Assembly: GCA_004431415.1 (NCBI GenBank)
Contig: QPMI01000532.1
Span: 48,208 to 112,207, forward strand
Direction: 5' to 3'
DNA from: Cyanophora paradoxa CCMP329
Taxonomy: Eukaryota > Plantae > Glaucophyta
Length of the DNA: 64,000 bases
The position numbers were made by a program, and so were the translations under genes. Numbering within the stretch: position 1 is the first letter of the stretch; every line of letters starts with the position of its first letter. The notes under the pieces are model-generated. The model made no database searches. It was not told the origin of the DNA and saw nothing but the letters and a program-made list of their open reading frames with translations. Below, one piece after another: positions 50,050-62,348 of this stretch.

Positions 50050-52920
50050 GCCGAGCGAACCTCATCAGGGCCTCTGAATTCTCTATCTTTGACACAACTT
50101 CAACTAGTGTAAGGTACGAATACGCGGGGCGAGCTCGAGGAGCCGGTACAGTCGTTGCTGAGTAAACGCGCGCGCACGCATACGCAGACGCAGACGCTGA
50201 GATGACCGATCCGTACAGAGACCCGGCGCTCAACCCCTATCCCACATACGGTGGATGGCTTTCACCGTAAGCTCGTTAAGCTCGCGAAGCGTGATCTTTT
50301 CATCGTGTTCTGACATCGTGTTCTTTTCTTTTCTCTGCATGCCGAACGTACAGTTTCCCCGTGTACGAAGAGGGGATTCTAAGAGGCGGGAGGGCTGAGT
50401 CATCAGATCCGAACCTGCTATACCGCTCAAACCCTTACTATGTGATCGGTGTGTTCTTTCGATCCCATTGCCATCATGGCATGTTCGCTGCCCTAAGTCC
50501 CCGCATAAACTTGTATATGCACGCACATAAATCATTGAATAAGTATATGCACTCTTGTGCATGGCTTAAGCTTACAGATTTTGCGAAGATGGAGACACTT
50601 CTCAATATGGTGGGGTGTTCACTGCTGAGGCATTTGGGCAGACGCCGCCCTCTGTTTCGGTGACCTTGCAAGTGCGTGTACACGAGTCACTATGGCACCA
50701 AACTTGAAATCCAATCATAACAACGGATCTTGTACGACCTAATCCTGCAATTGCGCAGAAGGATCATTACATCAAACGAGTCGAGATTATCCCGGGATAC
50801 AAGGGCACTGAACAGTGTACGCGCATTGACTTTTTAATTGTAGTATTAATGATGAGGCGTACACAATTGCGAACTTCTCGTCACCGCAGATCCCCTCTCG
50901 AACTTCAAGATTCAATTGCTGAATGATTATCAAGTGGTGCATGATCATGAGATTTCCGTACCATATGCATGCAATTGCAATAAAAAACGTTGATCGGCGG
51001 AACGGCCCGCGACGCTAATCATGATCATGATCATAGTATAATTAACTTAGCAAGCTTGCGCACAGGTGCACGAGTCGCCTGTGTTCGCTGGAGCGCAGAT
51101 AAATCCCGAGACCGGGAGTCACACGTACGACCTACCATTACTTACTTTTGGTTCGCATGCGCAAACCAGTGCCCGGCCTTAATACACTGCTGACCGATCG
51201 CAATGATACCGGTACCGGTGCGTATACGTAGCCGACACAGTCAAAGTTGTTGGCGCTGGTCTCGGTACGTCTACAGCTACATGCATACGCACTAGTACTC
51301 AGGCGCACGGAATGCATATGGATATGATATATTTATTATACTAATGCATCTGACATACTTGTACTGCTGCGCAGACTCAAAATTGGGCATTGTTGAGTTG
51401 GATGCTTTGGGCCAGGGTTCGCAATTGCACTATATACAGGGCGCATCCCTTGAGCCCTTGACATTAATTTGCCATCTTCGCGCATGCACAGAGGCTCAAA
51501 ATCTTGCATTGCGAGACAATCAGTCAACAACTACTGCGTCCTCCTATTGTGCGTGTCTTCGAATTCTTTTTGTACTTCAGGTATTTCTTTCACTCTCGCT
51601 CTCTCTTATTGCTGAATCGACAGATAAGTCACTCACCATGAGTGGTCCATCACTTGCTACTGGTAATCTGGTCGATGTCGCAGACAAGCTATCACGATTT
51701 AATATTGTACTTGCTGAATTGCGTTGCAGATGGGCACGGGTATCATGGAAAGTACTACGGACTTCACGACGTTATCGATGTGTTCAACACGTACCACAGC
51801 AGCCTGAGCGACACTGCGCCCTGGGTTCAGGTCGACTTCAAGGTTTGCCTTTACAAGAGCGCTAGCGCTAGCAAAGCTCTTGGAATATCATTAATCCCTT
51901 TTGTAACAGGCGGACGCCCGTATTGACGAAATCGACATCTACAACGTGTGTTCGACTGCAAATTTCTGATCGATTTGAATTGCAATTGCACGCGCACATT
52001 AAAATTAATATTGTACACTTGCGCGTCTTTCCACACAGCGCAATGACGAGTGGAAGTTCGACTCGCGTCTGAGTGACTTCAATTTAATCGTTTACAAGGA
52101 CGGGGCTGAGGCGCGTTAACGTGTAATTTGCCTTTGACTAATCTCATGCATGCCCGGCCCGGCAACCGTTGAACTCGTTGCTGATCGCTTGCGATCTTTG
52201 CAGGTTTATAATTCGGGCTCCATTGTTCCGGATTTTTATTCAACGGGCCGCAACACATCCAACGGGTTCTGGTCCAACGGTCCGAATTACTGGAACCTGT
52301 TCAAGCACCGGATCCCCAACGGCGTGGAAGGTGCGGATGTGTCTAAAGCTACCTCGAGATGTTGATTCCTGATTACGCGTCGCGATCGATGTATATACAT
52401 ACAGGCGATGCCGTCAAGATCATCAAGCCAAACGGCGGGGTTCTGAATTTTGGCGAGCTGCAAATCCTTGGTAATTTCGGCATTTGTTTCTTCAATGATT
52501 CTCTCCTTTCATATGAGTTATACGTGTACTTGCAGGGAAACCGCTCCTCGATGTGTATTTCGGCTCCTCGACGCCCTTGCCCAGTCAGCTTGGTGACTCG
52601 ACTCTGCTATATATTAACATTCGTTTCTTGTAATTCAACCACTTCCTCTGATGCGTATACTGATTCCTCTTATATGCAAATGTACTTGCAGATGCCGAGA
52701 ACCAGACTGTGCAGGTACCAGTGTCATCAACAACTGTGTATATATCGAGCTTTGTGCACATTTGCATGCTGATCGTAGCGTGCACGTGCAGGCGGACATC
52801 GACGAAGACGCACATGCCGCGTTCGACAGCGAGGAGCTCGAGCACGAGGACATCGAGGACGCCGGGCTCTTCGAGTCTATCGACGACGATGCCCTCCTCG
52901 CTGCGATCGCCGCCATGTAG
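50050..52920 (+). CDS. Low-GC multi-exon gene with two tandem F-type lectin (FTP/F5-8 type C) domains and an acidic tail
   Basis: Spliced domain 2: QNLALRDNQSTTTASSY...ATDG...YHSSLSDTAPWVQVDFKADARIDEIDIYNRNDEWKFDSRLSDFNLIVY...GDAVKIIKPNGGVLNFGELQILG. Domain 1 parallels it: CEDGDTSQ...PSVSVTLQKDHYIKRVEIIPG...LSNFKIQLL...DTVKVVG...LGIVELDALG. The gene ends are uncertain. Confidence 0.65.
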
Positions 52921-53193
52921 TGTTAGTGTTCGTGTCCAGATAAGGATTTCACTGGCAGCGAGTCGTCTTCCAATGATAAGTAAATTGTATCCAGGGGCTC
53001 CAATGTTCCAATTGCAGAACCCTAGCTTGCTTGCGTCGAAGGCGGCGCGCGCGGTGAATGTGCACGTGGGCGAAGCTCGCGGGAGCGCGAGCATATGCTC
53101 AAATATAAGCTCAAATATAATTCGCCCGCCCATGACCATAAGATCAACAAGCAGGGGGGCAAGCCCCCCCGCACCCCCCCATTTAATAATTTA

Positions 53194-55095
53194 CTAGTGG
53201 CCCGGCCGCGTTTGGCGCGCCGGGGGTGCAAGGGGGGAATCGGGATCTAATGAAAGAGTAGTAGTGGCACGAACATGCACGGGGGAGATGTAGATCGACC
53301 CCGGCCCAGCGCGCGCGGCAGGTTGAAGTAGTAACGATAGACACAGATTATATATGATTGAAAAGAATAGAAAAGGGCTGATAAGCACTGGACGTATTCT
53401 CCTGATCGAACAGCCGACTGCTGCGGCGACAATCAACGACAGTGGGGTACTATAGCTAGAACAAAGCCGGAGCACCACATCAGCAGGCGAACACTGAGTG
53501 CCGCAGGCGTCGTCTCCTGTCCTCGCTGGCGAACTCTGCGGAGCGACGTGAAAACCGTGACCAGGTTGCTTGCGAGGCAGCAGAGAGCACTTGCACGAAT
53601 GCGCGAGGGTTGGTAGCCACACCGACGCGGGGTTCGAAGACTGGCTGAGGCAATGCCTGCATGCGGGCTCATCTCAGAGCTGTGCCGATCGCGCCACCGG
53701 GTGGAAGCAGTAAAATGCGACGCATGCACACCTGGACGAAAAAGCTATGGCTGAGTGCGGCACCAGGCGAGAAATTTGCGGCAGATGGAGAAGAGCCCTG
53801 CCAATAAGAACATCATACGATGGTCGGTGTCGAATGAAATTGCGCAAACCTGAGCAGCGCGCCCGTGGCCGCGCACATGACGAAGCAAGTTGTCTCGCCT
53901 GCACATATGCTGTCGAGCGCGCTCCGGACAGATCAAGCAAAGTCCGCCGGTGCAGGCGGACGACAAAGAACATGTCGGGCCCGATAACTGAAAGTCCCTC
54001 CCTGGAAGAACATCCGATGGCACCAACCCGGGTTTTCGTCCCATCTTAACGCGTTCTTCATGATCAGATGCGCACGCTGCGCGGCCTGACGCAGCGGGTA
54101 CCTGCGTGCACGCTGTCGTCCGCTGGCGGCTGTGCTCATGATCAGCAGTCCGCGTACTGAGCGCTGAGTCCACGTACTGAGGGCAGCGTACGCCGGGCGT
54201 GCTCGGCTGCGATCAGCTGCGCAGCTAGGCAGCTGCGCAAGCGGTTTTGCGGTGCAAGCTCAACCACGAGTGCCGGAAAGCGTGCTCGGCTGCGGGCAGC
54301 GGCCCGTGCTCGGTAGGCGGTGCTGCGGCGCAAGCTTGATGCAGTGAAAAGTAGTCCAGCCCGCACGGGTACCGTGCGGCGTACGCGGCGCAGTGCGAGA
54401 AAGCGGAAATCTAGAGGAGTCATCTAGGGAGAAGTGGTTCCATGCATATGCAGAACCGCGCAAGGTACCGTGCGGCGTACGCGGCGCAGTGCGACGAAGC
54501 GGAAATCTAGATCGAAGAGACAGCTAGAGAGAAGTGCACGTGGTTCCATGCCGAACCGGTACCGCGCAAGCGAGACCCATCTAGAGGAGTCATCTAGGGA
54601 GAAGTGGTTCCATGCATATGCAGAACCGCGCAAGGTACCGTGCGGCGTACGCGGCGCAGTGCGACGAAGCGGAAATCTAGATCTAGCTAGAGGAGACAGC
54701 TAAATCTAGAGCGGAAATCTAGAGGAGACAGCTAGGGAGAAGTGGTTGCATGCCGAACCGCGCAAGCGAGCGGAAATCTAGAGGAGACAGCTAGGGAGAA
54801 GTGGTTGCATGCCGAACCGCGCAAGCGAGCGCCGGCGCCCGGAGCAAGCTAGAGAGAATTTCGTTTTCCCCTCGAAAACCAGTTTTCGCGAGTTCGAGAG
54901 AGCTCGACTTTGACGGTCAGAAGTCGAGGCCTAGGGCTGACCGGTCCACCGAGCCAATCAGAACGCGAATAACCCCTCATTTTTTTCCGGTGTTGCAAAC
55001 TGGACCTCGAAAACGGCCTCATAGAAAACTTTTGGCTGAAGCGAGGGAACGGGAAGCAAGGGGGCCCCTTCCCCCCTTGCAATAATGTCTTCTGA
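53194..55095 (-). mobile_element. Non-autonomous Helitron-like element, copy 1
   Basis: The minus-strand 3' end is a hairpin, CCCGGCGCGCCAAACGCGGCCGGG, then CCACTAG|T. About 190 bp at this end and about 100 bp at the other end are nearly identical to copy 2. There is an internal minisatellite and no RepHel ORF. The 5' boundary is approximate. Confidence 0.7.
54368..54830 (+). repeat. Minisatellite inside Helitron copy 1 (about 95-bp and about 59-bp units)
   Basis: gtaccgtgcggcgtacgcggcgcagtgcga..aagcggaaatctaga occurs three times; gcggaaatctagaggagacagctagggagaagtggttgcatgccgaaccgcgcaagcga occurs twice. Confidence 0.85.
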
Positions 55096-55104
55096 TATCA
55101 GGGG

Positions 55105-56241
55105 CCTCGGAAGCGGGATTCCCGCCATGCAAGCGCCTTCAAAATCTAGATCTGGCCATGGTGAGTACCCCACTGCCCGCGCACGTGTTTATGCCGCTTT
55201 ACGAAGTGCCACGCGGCATTCGGCGCGGCGCCGGCGATTCAAAAGCGCGCGCCCTCGAATTCGCGAATAAATACGCATGATCCATGGGCGCGCGCACAGC
55301 ACCGCGCACAGGACGCAGCCGCGTCTCTGCGGCGACAACGCCTTCGACGCAGAATCGCCGCCGCAAGGCGGCTTACGTCTCCGCTCGCTCCGTCTCCGAC
55401 ATCTTCCCCGGCTTGTGCGTTAGCGCAGGCCAAGGCCCGACGACGGGGGCTGCGACCAGCAGCTCCTCGGGACCGGCGCGAACCTGTGCAGCGCTATCGC
55501 GTGCGTCGCGTCAAGGTGGATTACACCCATGCCGGGGCAGTTCGTGGTGTCGTTCAACGGCAGCGAATTCTGTTCGTACACGCCGTACGCGTGCAAAGTG
55601 GGAGACAAAGTCACAGTCAAGCCGGCCGGCTCCGCTCAGGACGTATACGGCGGTGCGACTCTTTTCGTTGTAATATTCTCCACAGCTATAGAAAGCGCAG
55701 ATATAGCTATAGCCTCTGATCATGACACGCGCTTGAACTCACAATTCCGAAATATATATTTATGCGCTGACTTGGAGCGGCGCCGGCGTGTCGACGCGCA
55801 GGGCGCCGGCCAAGCTGCGCGTGCAACGGCACACTGGGGCATTTCTACTACACCCTCCCCGTTAACGGCAGCATTTACTGTGCGCCCTGCAGAGCGAGCC
55901 GCGCAGCTTAAGATATATATATAGCTTGGTCGAGACTGCAAAGCTCATTTCTTTCTCAGGTCTTAGGAACTGCACGGCGGGGGAGAAGATGTATCCGGTC
56001 ACTGGGATGGCGGGCCCGGCGTGCGGGTGCCAGGGCCCACAGCCACCAGAGCGCCGGCGTATCCGAAGCGTACTGCCTCGACCGCTGCAGGGACGGGGTG
56101 CGCGCGCGAGCGCTCTTCAATATATAACAGTTTGAATTTGCGCGATGTTAAATGAAACCACGACGGCTTTCTAAATCCAACTTCCTATTGACGGCTTTCT
56201 AAATTATATAAATCTCTCTCGTGCTATTGCAGGACCAGATT
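55105..56241 (+). pseudogene. Degenerate duplicate of the 5' half of the 59117-62348 surface-protein gene
   Basis: Colinear with 59423-60570. It lacks the signal-peptide exon and has a 19-nt frameshifting deletion (atgtcagagacaacgggtg missing near 55450). Confidence 0.8.
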
Positions 56242-56246
56242 GTCTT

Positions 56247-58283
56247 GGGGCGGCAGGTACGTGTACGCGTCGCGGAAGGCGGGGGGGGGAGGACGGCCCC
56301 AAGTGGGACGCCCTCCTCAAGCTCGACACCCGCTCCGGTGCTAGCCCGCCCCCGGCCCTTCCGCTCTAGCTCCCCGTACGGAAGCTTGATTATTATACTA
56401 GGGGCCCGGCCGCGTTTGGCGCGCCGGGGGTGCAAGGGGGGAATCGGGATCTAATGAAAGAGTAGTAGTGGCACGAACATGCACGGGGCAGAGGTAGATC
56501 GACCCCGGCCCAGCGCGCGCGGCAGGTTGAAGTAGTAAAGATAGACACAGATTATATATGATTGAAAAGAATAGAAAAGGCCCGATAAGCAGATGCTGCG
56601 ATTAAACCGAATAAAGATGTCAACCAACGAGAGGGTACCGCCAGAGGAACAGGCGTCGATAAGCCTGTGGGAGGACTTCTCTGGTCTTCAGCTGCAGCGA
56701 CCTGTGTATGCGGCTGGGCAAAGAAGACAAAGACCGCCGCTGCAAGCCCCAGTGCTGCAACACTGTAACTGTATGCTCTCGCCTTCAACGATGCCTTCAG
56801 GCAGCTCTGCAGCAGCTTTGCGCCCTCGTCGCATGTTAGCTTTCTCTTGTTGGCTGCTGAGGCGCTTTCTCTTGCTTAAGCTCAGTGCCGAAGCTCAGTT
56901 CACGCCCGGATTCTCGCGCACGCAATGATCTCGCTTACTCACTGTTCACGCGCTGCAGCTGCACACGCGCCGCTCTTTGTTATTCGCAACTCGAACGCTC
57001 GAGCTCGCGATCGGTTTGCCGCTGATGCGCTCGCAAGAGCTGGTCAGCTCGCAAGACCGCCCGGCGCGAATGGACAGCGGCCGGGGCGCCAACGAGGTCG
57101 GCGCAGCGATGCGGCTGCGAGCAGAGGCTGGATCGCGAGGAAAAGCTACGCGGTACGGGCCAATCCGGCCCACGGGCTGCGCGTGCTTCGGTGCACGTGC
57201 TGCGGTGCAAGCTTGATGCAGTCAAAAGTAGTCCAGGCGGCACGGGTACCGTGCGGCGTACGCCCCCGAAGAGCAAGGCGTACGCGACGCACTGCGAGGA
57301 AGCCGAAATCTACAGGAGACAGCTAGCTATAGGGATAACTGGTTCCATGCGCAGAACCGCGGAAGGAATTCGAAGACCGGAATGAGAGAGAAGTTGGTTT
57401 CGAATTCCAGGCTTCAAGTCGAGGAAAACTGGTCTTCGCCCTCGAAAACCTTTTTTTGCATGGACGGCCGCAGCGACAAACACGTGTCGCTGCAACCGAA
57501 TTTCGGCACATTTTTGTTGCAAACTGGACCTCGAAAACGGCCTCATAGAAAAATTTTGGCTGAAGCGAGGGAACGGGAAGCAAGGGGGTCCCCTTCCCCC
57601 CTTGCAATTAGAGATCTGTCCCTGATAAGACATACAATCCCTTGATTCCGCCCCCACCGCGCCGGCCCCAGACCCCGCCCGGCCCCCGGCCGCGCCGCCC
57701 CGACCCTCCCGCAGCCCTTGACGCCTGCGCGCGCGCGCGCCCCTCGCAGGGGAGATGCGGGAGACGTCGCTGGGCCCCCGCACCTACGCCGGCGCGCCCC
57801 TTCGAATTCCTTCCGCCAGCCCCCCCGCCTCGGATGACGGGGCGGGGGCGCAGGGGAGTTCGCGTTCGTGGCGCGGCGCTGCCCCACCGCCGAGGACGAC
57901 GGCTACCTCGTGCGACCTCATTTCCTCTTCCTTTCTAACGCCGCCGTGCCGCCGTGCTGGGCGTCTCGTCTGAGCGCTTTCCCCCCCCCCCCCCCCCCCC
58001 CCCCCCAGGTGGGGTACGTGCACGACGAGGGGGCGGACCGGTCGGAGCTGCGCGTGTTCGACGCGGCGGCGCTGGGGGACCCCCTCGCCCGCGTCCTTCT
58101 CCCCCAGCGCGTCCCCTACGGTACTACCCCCCTCCCCAAATCCCCCGATATGATAGCAACGTTTGACGTTTAAACGTTAGCGAGAGCGCCAAGTTTCTGG
58201 CCTGCGGAAGCGCGTTCTAAGGCGCACGCTGACGGGGCGTCGGGCGCGGGGCAGGGTTCCACGGGGCCTTCTTCCCTGTGTAG
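56247..58283 (+). pseudogene. Duplicated 3' fragment of the CCD gene, split by Helitron copy 2
   Basis: Exons RYVYASRK..., GEMRETSLGPRTYA, GEFAFVARRCPTAEDDGYL, VGYVHDEG...VPY and GFHGAFFPV* are repeated. There are no 5' exons, and an extra G sits in the run at 56281-56289. Confidence 0.85.
56398..57614 (-). mobile_element. Non-autonomous Helitron-like element, copy 2
   Basis: The minus strand reads A|TCTCTAATTGCAAGGGGG ... hairpin ... CCCCTAG|T with no target duplication. It interrupts an intron of the duplicated CCD: the right flank tctgtccct..ataaga matches 47024 onward. Confidence 0.8.
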
Positions 58284-59116
58284 GCGCGCGCGCGCCGCCC
58301 GGCGGCGCCCGCCGAGTCGCCGAGTCGCCGATCGCGATCGCGAGTCGAAGCCGGCTTCGAAGTCGCTCGTACCCCCCGAGTCTAGGCTAACGTTTTAGAG
58401 CACCCTGCGGCTGTTCGCAGCCTCCGCATACGTAGCTTCCTTGTACAGCTAATTTATAGACTCAAAACTCGCCGAAAAAGAGTTTGCAATTACTACATGC
58501 ACATGTACAGCGCACTGCAGCTGTCTTGAGCTTCTTCCAAAACTCGAGCCCAAGTCCTGCTTCAAACTCATGATCAAGACTCTAGCCTAGCTATATATAT
58601 ATACCGGTAGTAGCTACCGTGCGTACTAGCTGCCGTAAGGAATTCGAAGGAGGAGAAAAGTAACCGGCTAAAGCCGTTCGGATTCGAATTCATCTAAATC
58701 TTCGAATTCGTGGCGAACTTCGGAACTTCAAGATGAAACCCCCACTGAGCTCGTCGCCGAGTCGTGCACGTACCCCTACTAGTACTCACCCTCAGCTCGC
58801 GAATCGCGATCGCGACCGGTACCATCGGAGTCTGGTCGACCGGACTCGCGAGTGGGCTTTCAATGATTAGACAACCTCCGCAGCTTTTAAAACCCGCGGA
58901 AAAGCCCCAGGGGTACATGGTGACCAGCCGAAGCAGTTGCAACTTGCAACTGACGTCGATATCGATCGCGTGTAACGTCGCGCGCGGCCGTCGCTACAGC
59001 TCACTGCATGAGTCAGCGGCTAGCGCGCAGTTGTCTAACACGCGCAGCAGCAGCAGCCTGCCTGGAGCCGGCAGCAGATCTAGATCTCTTAATTATAATT
59101 AGCCGAAGCTTGAAGA

Positions 59117-60755
59117 ATGAGATCTCGGGGCGTCCCCGCGACCGTACGCGTGGCGCTCGCTGTCGTGGCGCTCGCAGCGCTCGCCGCGGCCGCTGCGGCT
59201 GCGGCTGCGGCCGGCGCCCACCAGGCCGACCCGCGCGACGTCGCAACCGCCGGCGCGCCGGCGCCGCCGGTGTCCCACTGCCGAGCGCTCGCGTCGTCCG
59301 CGGCAACGACGAGCGAGTTCGTGGACGTCGACAGCACGAGAGCTTGGCTGCCGCATGCATACGTCCATGCATATGGTGCGCCAGCTGCGGCCGCGGGCTC
59401 GCTCAAGGCACAGTCGATGGCGCTCGGAAGCGGAATTCCCGCCATGCAAACGCCTTCAAAATCTAGATCTGGTGAGTACCCGTGCATGTGTTTACGGACT
59501 GCCGCGCGGCATTCGGCGGCGATTTCAAATTTAAGAGCGCGCGCCCTAAGCCTCGAATTTGCGGTTAAGTCGCATGATCCATGGCCATGGGCGCGCCCGC
59601 GCAGGACGCAGCCGCGTCTCTTCGGCGACAACGCCCTCGACGCAGAATTCGAATCGCCGCCGCAAGGCCGCCTACGTCTCCGCTCGCTCCGTCTCCGATG
59701 TCTTCCCGGGCTCGTGCGTGAGCGCAGGCAACGGCCCAACGACGGGGGATGTCAGAGACAACGGGTGCTGCGACCAGCAGCTCCTTGGGACCGGCGCCAA
59801 CCTCTGCAGCGCCATCGCATGCGTCGCGTCGAGATGGATTGCACCCCTGCCGGGACAGACCGTCGTGTCTTTCAACGGCAGCGAATTCTGCTCGTACAGG
59901 CCGTGCAGCGTCGGAGAGAAAGTCACAGTCAAGCCGGGGTCGGGCTCCGACCAGGACGTATACGGCGGTGCGACTCTTTTCTTACAAAGTTTGGAATATT
60001 CTCCACAGCCATATACAGCCTCTGACACGCGCTTGAACTCAAGTCCGAAATTTTAATACGCTGACTTGGAACGGCGCCGGCGTGTCGACGCGCAGGGCCA
60101 AGCTGCGCGTGCAACAGTACACTGGGGCACTTCTACTGGACCCTCCCCGTCAACGGCAGCATTTACTGTGCGCCCTGCAGTCCCGATCCGATGATCGCGA
60201 GTCGCGCAGCTTCGGATATATATCTTGAGATCGGTCTAGATTTGCAACTACTGCAATGTCGACGTCATTGATATTTCTTTCTCAGGTCTCAGGAACTGCA
60301 CCGCGGGGGAGAAGATTTATCCGGTCACTGGGATGGCGGGCCCGGCGTGCGGGTGCCAGAGCCCGCTGTCGACCAACCCGACCGCTGGCGGATCCGAAGC
60401 ATACTGCCTCGACCGCTGCAGGGACGGGGTGCGCGCGCGCGCTCTTTCATGAAACTTTAAATTTGTGTGATTATCGAATGCATCTAGCCCTGCATCTTGC
60501 AAAATCAAACCATATGCATTTGATATTGAACTTCCTATTAACTTCTTTCGTGCCATTGCAGGACCAGATTATCGTAGCGGACGGGAGCGGGACGAAGCCG
60601 GCCTGCGTCTGCGAGGAATCCGCCGGGCTCAGAAACGTCGGCGGGGTCTGCCTGGGCCCGACCCCCAGCCCGAGGTTCGATTGCGAATTCTCTCCACTTC
60701 AATTCGAATCGTATCCCTCGGCAAAGGATTTGATCCCTTAATTAATTGTAATCGT

Positions 60756-60792
<37 letters not shown>

Positions 60793-62348
60793 CAGCCCCA
60801 GCAGCAGCCCGTCTCCGAGCCCCTCTCCCTCGCCCAGCCCCTCCCCCTCGACGTCGACGCCCTCCATGGCCAGGTGCCTCGAGTTACGACTTGCGTTCGA
60901 AATGTGAAGCGTTCCGTTTTCTCTGATCTGATCGATATCATCGGATCCTCGCGACTCGTCCCTCGCTCGCCTCTCGCTCGCGATCGTGTCCGCAGCCCCA
61001 GCCCTAGCCCCACACCCGCTCTGGGGACGGCGCCGGCCTCGAATATGCCGGTGAGTTCCCGAGGCATATGCCCGGGACCAGCTGCTCGTAGTCTTTCTAA
61101 GTCATTCATTGTGACTGGCCTTCAATTTGAATTTGTTTGCTCGCTTAGTATATTACGTCGATCAACGGAGTTCCCGCGCCAACGAACGTGTCAGAAGTCA
61201 CGCTTAAGGTGATTAAATGTGTTTTTTACGTCCAGCTCATGATCAATCAATCTATAGCTACGAAATCGGAAGCCGATCTCTGTGCGTTTCTCTCAGGACG
61301 GCACGAAGGCCCTCAAGATCTCGTTCAACCGCTCTTCCGTCAACACCCCGCAGGTCTGCGGCCCGGCGGCTTCAAATTAAATTCCGCGTTTGCGCTTCCT
61401 GATCATAACCATGGCCATGATTTAATTTACTTTCCCGCTGACTGGTCATCGTCCTTTGCTAGACCGGCGGGCAGCGCATCGGGATTCTGGGCTCCTTCCC
61501 GGTGTGCATGCCCCCATCGCTGTGCACGTTCAATGAGATCTAGATATCGCTTTGATGAAATTATATTCGCGAAGCTGATTCGAATTTGCGTTTGATTTCG
61601 CGCCTAGAACGTGGGCGCGAACCTCACGGTCTCCATCGCGAATTCCGCGGGGGACTCCGTGCCCGCCCTGGACCCCCGGATGACCGCGACGGAAATCAGC
61701 TGCGGTGCGCCCATGGCCGTCGATATATACCTTTTTGTTGTTATCACGTTGAAGCTTAAGCTGATCGCTTACTTTGATAATTATATAAGCTGCTTAAGCT
61801 AAGTTGAAGTTTTTATAATTATTTCTAGCGCTGTAATTACGTTGAAGCTTAAGCTGATCACACACCGCGACCAGTGGCGCCGGCGCTGCCGAGCGCACGC
61901 CGCGCGCTCCTGCAGGCGCGCTTCGCCCCCGGGACCCCGTACGACCTCGTCATCCGGCCCACCGTCGCCGGCGCCTTCACTCCCTTCCTCCTCGGCGGGG
62001 TCAGCGATTATTGATAATTAATCGCGCTTCTTCCGAATATTAAATTAATTACCGCGAGCAGGCCTTCGAGTGGACGTCCGTGACCACGGGGGCCGCCGGC
62101 GCCGGCGCCGCGGGGTGCAACCCGCCGTACTCGGAGTGCACCCCGAAGCTCTGGTTCCAGGTCTCGGCCGCCTCCGCCCCCCCGGCCCCGGTGCGCCCTC
62201 GAGCTCAGATGCACCGTACCCCCCTCCTCCTGAATTGGAAGCCCTCCTGATCCGGGGATCCGCGCAGGGCGCGCACGCGCTCGGGCTGGTGGCCGCGGCG
62301 TGCCTCTCTCTGCTCTCCGCCGCCCTCGTGGGGGGCCTCGGCCTCTAG
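59117..62348 (+). CDS. Secreted/cell-surface Cys-rich protein with (Ser-Pro)n stalk and hydrophobic GPI-like C-terminus
   Basis: Signal peptide MRSRGVPATVRVALAVVALAALAAA; Cys-rich exons (GCCDQQ...CSAIAC...FCSYRPC; PACVCEE...GGVC); in-frame (SP)n run at about 60760-60850; terminal GAHALGLVAAACLSLLSAALVGGLGL*. Confidence 0.72.

Larger units (their letters stand above)
46877..60570 (+). repeat. Tandem segmental duplication: copy A 46877-56245, copy B 56247-60570
   Basis: 46877-48410 matches 56247-56360 plus 57615-58850 (CCD last exons and 3' flank). 55105-56241 matches 59423-60570 (surface-protein exons). The junction lies at about 56242-56246. Confidence 0.88.

Noticed and set aside
54368-54830. 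Possible CRISPR array
   Set aside because: The units are contiguous and mosaic with no unique spacers, there are no cas genes, and the context is eukaryotic.
56247-58283. Second functional CCD gene
   Set aside because: Only the last five exons are present, three of the four Fe-binding His are missing, and a Helitron-like element interrupts it.
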